Part shown: positions 9,958 through 20,284 of the stretch, in pieces
How positions within the stretch are numbered: position 1 is the first letter of the stretch
How the letters are laid out: every line of letters begins with the position of its first letter
Assembly: GCA_905214245.1 (NCBI GenBank)
Contig: CAJMLO010000001.1
Coordinates: 14,427 to 78,426, forward strand
DNA length: 64,000 nt
Origin: an uncultured bacterium
Lineage (GTDB): Bacteria > Bacillota > Clostridia > TANB77 > CAG-508
Direction of reading: 5' to 3'
Position numbers and translations under genes: made by a program
Notes under the pieces: generated by a model
Told to the model about the DNA's origin: nothing
Database searches by the model: none
What the model saw: the letters and a program-made list of their open reading frames with translations, nothing else

Positions 9958-10139
9958 ACATATACCTTCCCTTCATTTATTTCAATTGCAGCTATAGTAA
10001 CTGGAGCTTCTTCAGTAGTATCTACTAAAACTTCTGCTCCACTTGCTATTTCTCTTGCTCTTTTAGCTGTTGCAACAACAAGCTCAAAACGATTATCTGT
10101 TTTTGTTAATAATTCCTTTACGGTTGGTTTAACCATCAT
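9951..10139 (-). CDS. rpoZ: DNA-directed RNA polymerase subunit omega
   Basis: 62 aa, with ...RFELVVATAKRAREI... matching the RpoZ core. Its stop overlaps the gmk start (ATGCTAG). Confidence 0.8.
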   Translation of the reverse strand: MMVKPTVKELLTKTDNRFELVVATAKRAREIASGAEVLVDTTEEAPVTIAAIEINEGKVYVC

Positions 10140-10165
10140 AATTACATTACCTCCAATTTATATTA

Positions 10166-10429
10166 TTATTCTTCTGATGCTGAAGTATTTACATCATCTT
10201 TATCAAGTCTTCCTGCAACTGTTTCTGGTTGAACTGCTGATAAAACAACATGTCCTGAATCCATAATAATAACAGCTCTTGTTCTTCTTCCATAAGTAGC
10301 ATCTACCGCCATTCCTTCATCCTTTGCTACTTGAACAATTCTTTTAATAGGTGCTGATTCGGGACTAACAATTGCAATAATTCTATTTGCTGAAACCATG
10401 TTACCAAAACCAATATTAATTAATTGCAT
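10166..10429 (-). CDS. remA: DUF370 extracellular matrix regulator RemA/YlzA
   Basis: [30 protein letters not shown]...[32 protein letters not shown] is near-identical to the RemA family. Confidence 0.85.
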   Translation of the reverse strand: MQLINIGFGNMVSANRIIAIVSPESAPIKRIVQVAKDEGMAVDATYGRRTRAVIIMDSGHVVLSAVQPETVAGRLDKDDVNTSASEE

Positions 10430-10444
10430 CTTAAGCTCCCTCCT

Positions 10445-11317
10445 TTATTCTATATTCTGTATTTGTTCTCTAATGTCCTCTAAAATAGTTTTTAAATCAA
10501 TTACACAATTTGTAATGTTTATACTTCCAGATTTTGAACCAATTGTATTAACTTCTCTATTCATTTCTTGAATTAGAAAATCCAATCTTTTTCCTACGGG
10601 CTCGTCTTTTTCAATTAATTCATTAAATTGCGAAATATGACTTTTTAGTCTTGTTAGTTCTTCTTCAACTGAACATTTATCAGAATAAATAACAATTTCT
10701 TGCATTAGCCTATTCTTATCCACTACATCTGTTTTTAAAATTTCATTTACTCTATTCTCTAATTTTACTACATATTCGTCAATAAGTCCAGTAGAATAGC
10801 CAGAAATTTTATTTACATTTTCCTCGACTTTCTTAATTCTTTTCTTTAAATCTTGTTTTATTTTTTCGCCTTCATTCTTTCTCATCTGTAAAAATTTTTC
10901 AAGAGCTAAATTTAAACAATTTAAAAGTTCACTCCAAAGCTTATCTGTATCTTCACTTTCTTCAACATTTAATACATCTGGAAGCTTTGTTATTTCGGTA
11001 ATTGTAATATTATCACTAACATTATTTTCTCTTGCAAGCTCTCTTAATTCGTCTATGTACAATTGCGCAAGTTTTTTATTTATTATTACGTTCTTTCCTT
11101 CTACACCATAATTGAGATAATTAATATATATATCAATTTTTCCTCTTGCTATTTTATTAAGCACTATTTTTCTAATTTTGTCTTCAAGCCCCATTAAACT
11201 TCTTGGTGCTTTAAGTGTTATGTCATTATATTTATGATTAACTGATTTAATTTCAACAGTAAATTCTCGTGAATTTTCTGCTATGTTTGCCCTTCCAAAG
11301 CCTGTCATACTATTCAT
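10445..11317 (-). CDS. yicC: YicC-family stress-induced protein
   Basis: N-terminus MNSMTGFGRA and a C-terminal DUF1732 (LIQEMNREVNTIGSKS). Confidence 0.85.
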   Translation of the reverse strand: MNSMTGFGRANIAENSREFTVEIKSVNHKYNDITLKAPRSLMGLEDKIRKIVLNKIARGKIDIYINYLNYGVEGKNVIINKKLAQLYIDELRELARENNVSDNITITEITKLPDVLNVEESEDTDKLWSELLNCLNLALEKFLQMRKNEGEKIKQDLKKRIKKVEENVNKISGYSTGLIDEYVVKLENRVNEILKTDVVDKNRLMQEIVIYSDKCSVEEELTRLKSHISQFNELIEKDEPVGKRLDFLIQEMNREVNTIGSKSGSINITNCVIDLKTILEDIREQIQNIE

Positions 11318-11320
11318 ATT

Positions 11321-12022
11321 TTACTCTTCTTCCTTGTCTTTTATAATTTCCTTCATTCCATCTACAAAATATTTTTTACGTTTTTTTAAATAAATAACGA
11401 CAGATTTTATTAAATAATAAATTGCAAAAATGTATGAAATTGATGTTAATATAACTGAATATCTTGAAGATAACATTAGTCCAACATATATAAGTGATAT
11501 AGTTGTTAATGAAAGAACAATCATTTCGATTCCAAACACTGCCAATCTTCCACTATCATCTTTATAGGCCTTTTCTAAAAGCATTATTGCAAGCAATAAT
11601 ATACACATTCCAAACACTTTTAAATCTGTTACATATACATTTAATTGTATATTTTGTTTTCCTAAATTTAAAAATATAAAGTAAACAATTATAGCAATTG
11701 CAACCATAATGTTTTGAAATAAGTATCTATTTATCTTATTGCTTTCTTCTTTTGGAAGGCTTTGTTTTTCTTTCATTGTCTTTTTTATTTCTTTTAATGA
11801 AATCCACTGAATTTTTTTAGCAAGCTTATTTTCTGATTTTTCTTTAGCTGTATTTTCTTCTTGTTTATCCTCTATAACTTCTTCTTTAATTTCTTTAGCT
11901 TCATCTTTCTTTTCTGTTTTTTTTACTTTTACATTTTTTTCTTGTTTTGTATTTTTCTTTACTTCTTCTTCATTTATATTTTGTTCAACTTTTTTTCTTG
12001 GCATTAGCCTCTCCTCCAACAA
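11321..12022 (-). CDS. hypothetical membrane protein with a lysine/glutamate-rich N-terminal tail
   Basis: 233 aa with a K/E-rich low-complexity N-terminus and 4 TM segments. No family is recognised. Confidence 0.4.
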   Translation of the reverse strand: MLEERLMPRKKVEQNINEEEVKKNTKQEKNVKVKKTEKKDEAKEIKEEVIEDKQEENTAKEKSENKLAKKIQWISLKEIKKTMKEKQSLPKEESNKINRYLFQNIMVAIAIIVYFIFLNLGKQNIQLNVYVTDLKVFGMCILLLAIMLLEKAYKDDSGRLAVFGIEMIVLSLTTISLIYVGLMLSSRYSVILTSISYIFAIYYLIKSVVIYLKKRKKYFVDGMKEIIKDKEEE

Positions 12023-12128
12023 ATTTGATATATCTATTATATCATAAATTTTTATAGTTTCAAGTGGTACCTTTTGATGAAACTTACCTCAGATACCAGA
12101 CAGCTGTTTATGCTGGTATATTACATCA

Positions 12129-12884
12129 CTAGGATTCGAACTCGTACATAATATTACTTGTTATTGCAATTGGTGCTGTTTCTGTTCTAAGTATCCTACT
12201 TCCAAGTGTAATTATTTTCGCACCACATAATTTAAGCTCATCTATTTCTTGCTTATCAATTCCACCTTCAGGGCCAATTACAACTCCTATTTTACTACTT
12301 TCTTTTTCTAAAATTTTATCTTTATTTGCTTGCAATATTTGCTTTAATGTAACTTCTTTTTCCTCTTCATATGCTACGATAAATAAATCAAATTTTTCAA
12401 TTTCTTCTTTTAACTTATTTATTGTTATTACATTTTTTACATTTGGAATCATATCTCTTCCAGATTGTTTTGAAGCAACCTCTGCAATCTTTTGCCATCT
12501 TTCTATTTTCTTTGCTTCATCTTTTCCATTTAATTTTACAATACATCTTTTTAAAGCAACAGGTATAAATTCCACAGCTCCAAGTTCTGTGCATTTTTGT
12601 ATTATATATTCCATTTTATCTGCTTTTGGAAGTCCCTGAAATATACTTACTTTTACCTTGCTTTCAACTTGCTTTGCAATTTCATTTTCAATTTTACATA
12701 CTACTTTTTCTTTCAATATTTCTTCAATTTTAGAATTATATGTAATACTATTTTGTTTATCACATACTAAAATATAATCATCTTTTTTTAGTCTAAGTAC
12801 ATTTGTTATATGATTTACATCTTCTCCTGTAATTGATATTCTGCTACCTTCAATTTGATTATCATCTACAAAAAATTTTGGCAT
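12129..12884 (-). CDS. rsmE: 16S rRNA (uracil1498-N3)-methyltransferase
   Basis: An N-terminal PUA-like domain and a C-terminal SPOUT knot (GPEGGIDKQEIDELK...LGSRILRTETAPIA). Confidence 0.85.
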   Translation of the reverse strand: MPKFFVDDNQIEGSRISITGEDVNHITNVLRLKKDDYILVCDKQNSITYNSKIEEILKEKVVCKIENEIAKQVESKVKVSIFQGLPKADKMEYIIQKCTELGAVEFIPVALKRCIVKLNGKDEAKKIERWQKIAEVASKQSGRDMIPNVKNVITINKLKEEIEKFDLFIVAYEEEKEVTLKQILQANKDKILEKESSKIGVVIGPEGGIDKQEIDELKLCGAKIITLGSRILRTETAPIAITSNIMYEFES

Positions 12885-12898
12885 AACTTTTTCTCCCT

Positions 12899-14050
12899 TT
12901 ATTTATTATAATCTTTATTATCTAATTTTGGAAATTCAAATTTCATGCTATTTTGTGATAAATATCCATCTTCATTATGATTTTTCAAAAAGTTATCTGC
13001 ACCTTTTAGAAAATATTGATATCTTAGTTTATCACTAAGCAGTCCTCCACCTTTTATTATTGGATCATCCCATGTTACATCAATCGCATACCATTTGTCA
13101 TTTAATTTCACATAATTCCAAGCATGGCTTTCAGTTGAATTATTTGAGTTTGTCGCAGTTCCAGAGACAAGAACATTTTCTATTTCTAACCCATCAAGTA
13201 AATATTTTAATGTTCTTGCATATCCTTCACATACAACCTCTCTTTTTGCAAGTGCACCATATACATTGTGTATATCTTCTTTTTTATAAGTTGTATCATA
13301 TTTCAAATTATCAATTAGCCAATTATGTATATATTTAATTTGGTCATATTTTGAATATCCATTTAAGCTTTCTATAATTTTTTGTTTTGCGCTTTCCAAA
13401 TATCTTTCTTTAGCAAGTATATCTTCTCTAGATGAAATGTTTTCTGTAAAATAATTTTCATAACTATCATTTGAAAGAGATACTTTGTGTGTAGAAAAAC
13501 TACCTATACTTGTTGTTCTTGTTGTAAGTATTAACTTACTTACATCTATATAAAACACCTCTGGATAATCATATGTAAATGCATTCCATGCAGACTGAAA
13601 TGCAATGTTTAATTTGTGTTCTCCATCACTTTGATTTACTAATGTATTAAACTTCGTTCCAAAATCAATTTTATATGTTCCACTTTTCATATTATCTATG
13701 TTACTTTCAATTCCATCATATATTATTTTTGCATACTCATCTAGTTGATTGTAGTAATAGTGATTTGTCGATATTTCCTTTGCATAATTATTACTATTTT
13801 CATTTATTAATGGCTCTATTTTCTCAATATTACTATCATTGTTATTTTGAATAATACTTGCCCTATCTGATGTAAAGTTTTCAATTGCTTCTGATATAGA
13901 TTCTATTGGATTTTTATTTTCTTGCCAATTAATATCAAATACATCTATATAGAATATTTCATACACTAAAAACACTACTAATATCAGCATTAACATTGAT
14001 AGTATTATTCCTATTAAAGATATGCCTTTATTATTTTTAGATTTTTTCAT
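12899..14050 (-). CDS. membrane-anchored transglutaminase-like cysteine protease-family protein
   Basis: An N-terminal TM segment and a C-terminal transglutaminase core with a Cys-His-Asp triad (VVCEGYARTL ... ESHAWNYVK ... AIDVTWDD). Confidence 0.6.
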   Translation of the reverse strand: MKKSKNNKGISLIGIILSMLMLILVVFLVYEIFYIDVFDINWQENKNPIESISEAIENFTSDRASIIQNNNDSNIEKIEPLINENSNNYAKEISTNHYYYNQLDEYAKIIYDGIESNIDNMKSGTYKIDFGTKFNTLVNQSDGEHKLNIAFQSAWNAFTYDYPEVFYIDVSKLILTTRTTSIGSFSTHKVSLSNDSYENYFTENISSREDILAKERYLESAKQKIIESLNGYSKYDQIKYIHNWLIDNLKYDTTYKKEDIHNVYGALAKREVVCEGYARTLKYLLDGLEIENVLVSGTATNSNNSTESHAWNYVKLNDKWYAIDVTWDDPIIKGGGLLSDKLRYQYFLKGADNFLKNHNEDGYLSQNSMKFEFPKLDNKDYNK

Positions 14051-14077
14051 TCACATTTCATCCTCTCGAATTTCGTA

Positions 14078-15329
14078 TTAGTTAGCCTCTTTTAGTTGTT
14101 GTATCATTATATCTGCAAAAACAGCATATCCTGCTGTTGGATCATTTACAAGAACATGTGTAACCGCACCAATGAATTTATCATTTTGAATTATTGGAGC
14201 TCCACTCATTCCTTGTATTATTCCTCCTGTTTTTTCTAAAAGTCTTTCATCTGTGACTTTTATGAACATGCTTTTATTATTCTCATTATTATTGTAGAAT
14301 ATTTTTTGTATTTCAATATTATATTTTTCTGTTTTTCCATTTTCGAGTTCACATAATATTTGTGCTTTTCCTGTTTTTATCTCATTTCTAAATGCAACTC
14401 CGCATTTGTTTTCCATTTGATATATTTAATGATGATAATTTATTTACATTACCATAAACACCAAATTTAGTGTTTTTCGAAATAGTACCTATTGTATTAC
14501 TATTTTCTATTGAACCTTTAATTTCGCCTGGCATTCCTTTTTTTCCTTTTACAATTGATAAAATATTTGTACATACAAGTTCACCACTAGAAATAGTAAT
14601 AATTTCAGATGTATCTATATCTGTAATCCCATGCCCTAGTGCAGCAAATTTCTTAGATCCTGGCTCATAAAATGTCATTGTTCCAACACCAGCAGTACTA
14701 TCTCTTACCCACAATCCAATTTTATATTCTTCTTCTTTTGTCATAACTGGCTTTATACTTGTAGTCATTGTTTCATCATTTCTTTTATATGTTATATTTA
14801 TGTCATTACCATTGCTTTTATTTACAGTTTTTATTAATTCGTCAGAGCTACTTATTTGTTTGTTGTCTATTTTAATTATTCTGTCTCCTTCTTGTATTCC
14901 ACTATTTTCATATGGTTTTTTACCATTTATTTCAGACATTCCAACCACTAGAACTCCATCTGTATATAATTTCATTCCAATTGCTTTTCCGATAGGAATA
15001 ACCGCTGTTCTTTCCACAACATTTACTTTTGTTTCTTTTAATGGTATCTTTCCAAATAAATTTAAGCTTACATCTATTGTTCCACTATCACTAATCTTCT
15101 TTTTATTTATATTGCTAGATGTTTGCATAGAAGAATCGTCGCAAAGAATTAACCCTAAAGCAGTTTTATAGTTAAGTTCTTCTCCTTGCATAATTATTAT
15201 CTTATTTGGAAAAAATGTAATATTACATACATACACATATAATATTATTAGACAAATTAAAATAATTGCTTTTTTTATAAATTTCATGGTTACTCCTAAT
15301 ATTAATTTTCTTAATATTAGAGTAACCAT
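14078..15329 (-). CDS. spoIVB: SpoIVB-type S55 sporulation peptidase, interrupted by a frameshift near 14390-14416
   Basis: ORF 14388..15329 has the signal anchor, the PDZ domain (QEGDRIIKIDNKQI) and the catalytic His region (AALGHGITD). ORF 14078..14416 carries the catalytic Ser motif (GMSGAPII) in a different frame. The frame switch lies in a ggaaaacaaa stretch. Confidence 0.7.
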
Positions 15330-15350
15330 AATTTAATTTTTTAAACAAAT

Positions 15351-17234
15351 TTATTCAAAATTACTTTTATACAAATCTCTTCTTTCTCTTGCAAGTCCAG
15401 ATAAAAATGCTCTTCTTACTGCTACTAATTTATCTTTGTCATATAATAGCTTTCCTGTAGAATAATCACGTATCTGTCCTGAAATTATGCTATCTATATC
15501 ATAATCTCCAGATGCATTTACAATGCAATTATAGCACCCTGTTGTAAGTTTTCCTACTCTTGATTGAGGATAGAAGTATCTTGATTGAACCTCACTGACC
15601 TTAACAGTTTGTCTCTCAAAGCTAAGAGATGTATATGCTATTATTGATAAATTTGGATTATTTTTTTGCTTTTCTATAAGTTCTTTGCATCCAGGTTGAT
15701 GATATTCAAAATTTCCATCATCATTTTGAACTACAAGATAAATTGATTGTTCATTAATTACTTCTTCATTTTTAGTATTTGTTATAACAACATAATTATT
15801 AAAATATTTGTGTCCAATTGGCATTCCTTGCATAAACGAAATAAGTGAAACATTATTTACAATTTTATACCAATTTTCGTCATCAATTACAGGCATTACA
15901 AATTCGTATGTATTTCCACTTTGCTTATTATAATTTGCAATTGCTGTCGTCAAATTTGTTTCGATTGATTTTCGTATAACTGCCATTCTATGAACATTAA
16001 ATGTTGAACTAGACATTAACGGATCATTTCCTGTTTTCGTAGTATCAAAAATATAAGGTGTATTTCCTTCTATATTGTTTGTGTCAACAGATAAATAAAT
16101 ATCTCCATTAGATTTATATGCACCTATTGTTCCATCATTTTGGATAATTCCAGACTGTGTAACAGATGCAAGTCCACTCTCTTCTACAACCCATTTACTA
16201 AACTCATATGCTTTAGTATAATATTCATATGCACTTATGCTTTTATATCCTATCTTATTCACAAGTCTATTATTTGAATCTAATCTAAGTAAATTATTGT
16301 CAGTTAAATATTTTATAAAATTAACTCTGTCACCTTGTAAATATGTTTTTTTATAATTATCATACCAGAAAAACTTAGGTGCTGCAATTGCTCTATATCT
16401 TATATTTCCGTTTCCATCATATAATGCTCTTCCATTTGAATCATAAAGTGGAATTTGAACTGTTTCGTATACAGGCTGTCCCTGCGAATTAACATCTTGA
16501 TAAACCTTTTTATTGTTGTAAACAATATATGGATAATCTCCTTGACTTGGCTCAGTATTATCATCAATAATTGTTATTAAATGTTCTTTTAAACTTTCTG
16601 GCAATATTGTAACACCATCATATGTTAGAGTTTTACTTTCTGAATTAATATTTTGGACTTTTTGATAATTAATTAAATAACCTGACCTTGTTTCATATCC
16701 ATTTCCAAAATCTCCATAAAAAGTAATAGCATTGTCCAAAGTATAATTTGCAATTATTGTTTTTCCCGTTGATAATCTATATTGGCATGAATAATAAATA
16801 TAAGGTCTTAGCCCTTTTTGATAATTGCGATTGTCAGCTATTTCGACCTTATCACTACTTGAGGAATAAACATTATCATATGAGCTATAAATATAATATC
16901 CATCATATAATGTAAATAACATTGCTGGAATATATGATGATAAATCATCTTTTGACGAAATATAATCATTCATAGCTGTTCCAAGTGAATTATAAAACGT
17001 ATTTACAGATGCTTCTATATCCCTTATTTTTGAATCACTTAAGCTTGAATATTTATTATTTGCAGAGTTAATCTGAAAAGCCTTTAGTGCATCAGATGTC
17101 GCTGTATTTAAGCTTGTCGTGTATGCTGTTTGTAATTGTATTGTACTAATTTGAGTATTAACATATTCTGTAAGTACCATAGAAATAGGAATTATAATTA
17201 GTACAAATATAACTGCTAAATGTTGTAGTTTCAT
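15351..17234 (-). CDS. large secreted/N-terminally anchored protein at the distal end of the pilin-like gene cluster (candidate pilus-associated or TadG-like protein)
   Basis: 627 aa with a single N-terminal TM segment. It is rich in S/T/N/Y and has no recognised catalytic motif. It is assigned by position downstream of the pilin-like operon. Confidence 0.45.
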   Translation of the reverse strand: MKLQHLAVIFVLIIIPISMVLTEYVNTQISTIQLQTAYTTSLNTATSDALKAFQINSANNKYSSLSDSKIRDIEASVNTFYNSLGTAMNDYISSKDDLSSYIPAMLFTLYDGYYIYSSYDNVYSSSSDKVEIADNRNYQKGLRPYIYYSCQYRLSTGKTIIANYTLDNAITFYGDFGNGYETRSGYLINYQKVQNINSESKTLTYDGVTILPESLKEHLITIIDDNTEPSQGDYPYIVYNNKKVYQDVNSQGQPVYETVQIPLYDSNGRALYDGNGNIRYRAIAAPKFFWYDNYKKTYLQGDRVNFIKYLTDNNLLRLDSNNRLVNKIGYKSISAYEYYTKAYEFSKWVVEESGLASVTQSGIIQNDGTIGAYKSNGDIYLSVDTNNIEGNTPYIFDTTKTGNDPLMSSSTFNVHRMAVIRKSIETNLTTAIANYNKQSGNTYEFVMPVIDDENWYKIVNNVSLISFMQGMPIGHKYFNNYVVITNTKNEEVINEQSIYLVVQNDDGNFEYHQPGCKELIEKQKNNPNLSIIAYTSLSFERQTVKVSEVQSRYFYPQSRVGKLTTGCYNCIVNASGDYDIDSIISGQIRDYSTGKLLYDKDKLVAVRRAFLSGLARERRDLYKSNFE

Positions 17235-17394
17235 ATTTTTTACCTTTCTTTTGTCTACACATTAGAACAAAGCAACTTTAATTCGCCCTTTGTCCAAAAC
17301 CAATTTGAATTTTCTACTAAAAGAAGAAAATTTCAAAGACAATGGAGATTGTAGCATTTTATATACTAAGAAATTTCTCATTTTCTAGTATATA

Positions 17395-17425
17395 AAACAA
17401 AGAGGGAAGAAATGATTTCTACCCC
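17395..17425 (-). terminator. putative terminator hairpin after the pilin-like operon
   Basis: gggaagaaa/tttctaccc stem with one mismatch and a 3-nt loop, followed on the minus strand by a T-rich tract. It lies between 17444 and the 627-aa gene. Confidence 0.35.
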
Positions 17426-17443
17426 CTTTTATGTACTGCGTTT

Positions 17444-17977
17444 TTATTTACTATTTGTGCTACCATTTACTGTAACAACTCCTGAATGTTGTGCTTCAAT
17501 TTGGTAAGTATCATCTCCTGAAACCATGTAGAAAAAGTTTCTTAATAATTGTGCAATCGTTTGATTCGTGTTTCTTACTGTAACTGACACAATATCTCCT
17601 TCTTTTAAAGTAATTCTTCCTTTAGAATTTAATTTTTCTTCAACCTGTGATGTGTACATATTATAATATACATTTTCACCTATTTTTGTAGTTTCCGCTT
17701 GAGTTGTTTTTACTCCTGGGTTTTCATCAAGCTGTTGAATCAAAATATCTGTTTCAAATGAATTACCTGTCGCAACAATTGTATTGATATATTTTTGGTA
17801 ATCATCTAAAGTAAGCTTTCCAGTTGTCTTTATTCTATCTACAAATTCTGTTGTAGCTGTTTGTACAGCTAATTGCGAAATATTGTCTGTTCTTTCTGAT
17901 AATGACATCAGTGGAAACACAAACATTAAAATTGCTGCTAAAAAAATTGCTATAACTGTAATTAAACTATCTCCCAT
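17444..17977 (-). CDS. pilin-like N-terminally anchored protein (candidate minor pilin/TadE-like)
   Basis: 177 aa with a hydrophobic N-terminal segment MGDSLITVIAIFLAAILMFVFPLM followed by a soluble domain. It is the last gene of the Tad-like operon. Confidence 0.45.
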   Translation of the reverse strand: MGDSLITVIAIFLAAILMFVFPLMSLSERTDNISQLAVQTATTEFVDRIKTTGKLTLDDYQKYINTIVATGNSFETDILIQQLDENPGVKTTQAETTKIGENVYYNMYTSQVEEKLNSKGRITLKEGDIVSVTVRNTNQTIAQLLRNFFYMVSGDDTYQIEAQHSGVVTVNGSTNSK

Positions 17978-17991
17978 TTTATTCCTCCTAT

Positions 17992-18651
17992 TTAATTATG
18001 CAAAGTATATATAATTACTCTTTTCTTTCTATTCTTAATTAATCCAGAATCATAATTTCCATCAGTTGCTTCACTATTATCTGCATTATATACATATTCG
18101 CCAAGGCTTTCAGTAAATTTTCGATTTTTATATTTATATAATCCTTCTCCAAAATTTATAGTCTGTACTCCTCTGCTATCTGTATATATATAGTTTCCTC
18201 CCTGAATAAATATATCTAGCATTCTTTTGTTTTCTGTTTCGCTACCTGTCCAAGGTTCATGCCTTCTTGTTTCTTCATTTACATCAAAAGAACAAACCTT
18301 TGTATTTTTACCACCATAATATCTATTTGTAAATCCTGCACTCCATAAATCCGTATTTGTCTTTGTTTCATATAAAGATAAATAACTGCCTGAGGCATTT
18401 CTAAATATTACAGTGTAGTTTTCTTTATAGTATTTGTACAATGTTGGAATAATAGTTTCAAGCCCTACAATTCTATTTTCTGAGCCTTCTTCTGGTTCTA
18501 TATATTCCATATATGATGACATATCCGAGCTATGTAAAACCAAATCAGCGGTTTGTCTCGCATTTGAAAACATATACATTGTAAGGGATAATGCCATAGC
18601 AAAAACTAAAACAGCAAACCCTATTTTTAATGCGTCAACTGCATTTTCCAT
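17992..18651 (-). CDS. pilin-like protein, divergent member of the MENA-leader family
   Basis: N-terminus MENAVDALKIGFAVLVFAMALSL is related to the conserved MENASKALI N-terminus of the three upstream paralogues. Confidence 0.45.
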   Translation of the reverse strand: MENAVDALKIGFAVLVFAMALSLTMYMFSNARQTADLVLHSSDMSSYMEYIEPEEGSENRIVGLETIIPTLYKYYKENYTVIFRNASGSYLSLYETKTNTDLWSAGFTNRYYGGKNTKVCSFDVNEETRRHEPWTGSETENKRMLDIFIQGGNYIYTDSRGVQTINFGEGLYKYKNRKFTESLGEYVYNADNSEATDGNYDSGLIKNRKKRVIIYTLHN

Positions 18652-18680
18652 ATTCCATCATCCCTTTAATGTAAAATTTA

Positions 18681-19121
18681 TTATTTTATTGTTACTTTTG
18701 TAATACTTATTACTTTAATTAAGCCTGTTGAAGTATAATCAAATGCAACTTCATATCTTGTTCCTGCATTTAAAGTATTTTGAGCAGTTGTAACTTCTTG
18801 TGATGTTGAACCAGCTGTTGTATCTTCTACAGTTGCTCCTGTACATTTTGTTTTAACATCTACAATAATTTGTTTAGACACATCATCATTTGTTTGATTG
18901 TGTGTACGAATTGTAGCACATAATGCTTTAGCTGTAGCGCCATTTACTTTTCCTTCGTATTTACTAAACTCTGAATTATATGCTTCTATTTCTTGTGCTG
19001 ACATATTAGCTGAACTAATTGTTCCTGATGCCATTTGAAATACAGCCATACCAATTCCTATGATAGCAATTGATAATAAAATTGCTCCTGCGATAATTAA
19101 TGCTTTTGATGCATTCTCCAT
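18681..19121 (-). CDS. pilin-like protein with conserved MENASKALIIAGAIL N-terminus (candidate Tad-system pilin)
   Basis: 146 aa. The N-terminal ~60 aa are conserved with 19718..20260 and 20285..20995, ending in a downstream EAYNSEFSKY motif. The C-terminus is variable. Confidence 0.5.
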   Translation of the reverse strand: MENASKALIIAGAILLSIAIIGIGMAVFQMASGTISSANMSAQEIEAYNSEFSKYEGKVNGATAKALCATIRTHNQTNDDVSKQIIVDVKTKCTGATVEDTTAGSTSQEVTTAQNTLNAGTRYEVAFDYTSTGLIKVISITKVTIK

Positions 19122-19195
19122 AATAAATTTCCTCCTTTTTTAACTTTTGTAATATATTTATTTGAATATTTCTATTCAAAATAAAATCAATTTAA

Positions 19196-19651
19196 TTATA
19201 TATCTGAAACTTCCTCAAATGTAACATTTTTTACATTATGAGTTTTTTCATGATATTCTATTTTAGTACATTTAAAATTTGCTGTACTATATACTTTCAC
19301 AAATGATTCAGCACCAGTACTTGCAATTTCCTCCATTGAAATAGTTTTTGTATCATTCTTATATTTGAATTCTACATTTATTTTAATAGAATTTTCGCCA
19401 TTGTCCACAAAATATCCCTTATCGTCTTTTGTAATATTGTTTTTTGTGTTTAAATCAATGGTCTTATTTATAATACTTATTAACTCTGTTCCTAAAACAT
19501 TTATATTGTAATACTGTTCATATTCTCTATTTTGTTTTTGAATTTGATAGACATTTGTTCTATATCTGTATACAGAGTAAACTCCTACTACCAGTATAAT
19601 AGACAGTATCAACAAGATTATTAAAATTTTTTTCATGTACATCACTTTCAT
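19196..19651 (-). CDS. small N-terminally anchored protein within the pilin-like cluster
   Basis: A hydrophobic segment KKILIILLILSIILVVGVY near the N-terminus. The real start is probably the internal Met at about 19636. Confidence 0.4.
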   Translation of the reverse strand: MKVMYMKKILIILLILSIILVVGVYSVYRYRTNVYQIQKQNREYEQYYNINVLGTELISIINKTIDLNTKNNITKDDKGYFVDNGENSIKINVEFKYKNDTKTISMEEIASTGAESFVKVYSTANFKCTKIEYHEKTHNVKNVTFEEVSDI

Positions 19652-19717
19652 TATAATATTTTCTTAAATGTTATGCAAGTATTTTGCTTTATTTTTTACA
19701 ATTTTCCATTAATTTGC

Positions 19718-20260
19718 TTAAATTTCAACAAATCTTACATAATTTATTTTTTTATTACTTCCATATGATGTACAATCTGTACATCTAAAATATTTTACTT
19801 CTGTTTTATTACCCATATAATCATTTGTTAAATCATTTTGCTTTATCAAATTTGTAATATATTTTTCTGATTTTAATTCTAAATTTTTTATATTGCCTAA
19901 ATCAATCTGAATGTATTCTGAATTGGTAGTACTTATATTTGATTTGATTTGATAATCATTATTTCCATTTGTTTTATCAACTTTCTCAATAAGATCTTTC
20001 TCAAGATTATTTTTTTGTGCTAAATTTGCAAGTCCTACTATATTATGTATTGTACATTCAATTGGCTTTCCATCTTGTCCATTTCCGTAATATATTAAAA
20101 ACTGAGAATTAAACTCGGCTATTTGTGTATCTTCTATTTTTTTATATCTTTCGCTACTATAATTTGCAAACATATTAAACAAATACACTCCAACAGATAT
20201 AATCATAACACCAATTAAAATCTCTGCTGCCATTATTAAAGCTTTTGATGCATTCTCCAT
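19718..20260 (-). CDS. pilin-like protein with conserved MENASKALIMAAEIL N-terminus
   Basis: 180 aa. The N-terminal domain is paralogous to 18681..19121 and 20285..20995, and the first ~28 nt of the coding sequence are near-identical. Confidence 0.5.
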   Translation of the reverse strand: MENASKALIMAAEILIGVMIISVGVYLFNMFANYSSERYKKIEDTQIAEFNSQFLIYYGNGQDGKPIECTIHNIVGLANLAQKNNLEKDLIEKVDKTNGNNDYQIKSNISTTNSEYIQIDLGNIKNLELKSEKYITNLIKQNDLTNDYMGNKTEVKYFRCTDCTSYGSNKKINYVRFVEI

Positions 20261-20284
20261 AAATTTTTCCTTTCTTGAAGTAAT

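Noticed and set aside
12125-12150. tRNA T-loop-like sequence (ggattcgaactcg)
   Set aside because: It falls inside the rsmE C-terminal coding sequence (…YEFES*) and has no flanking acceptor or anticodon stems. No tRNA gene was found anywhere in the window.
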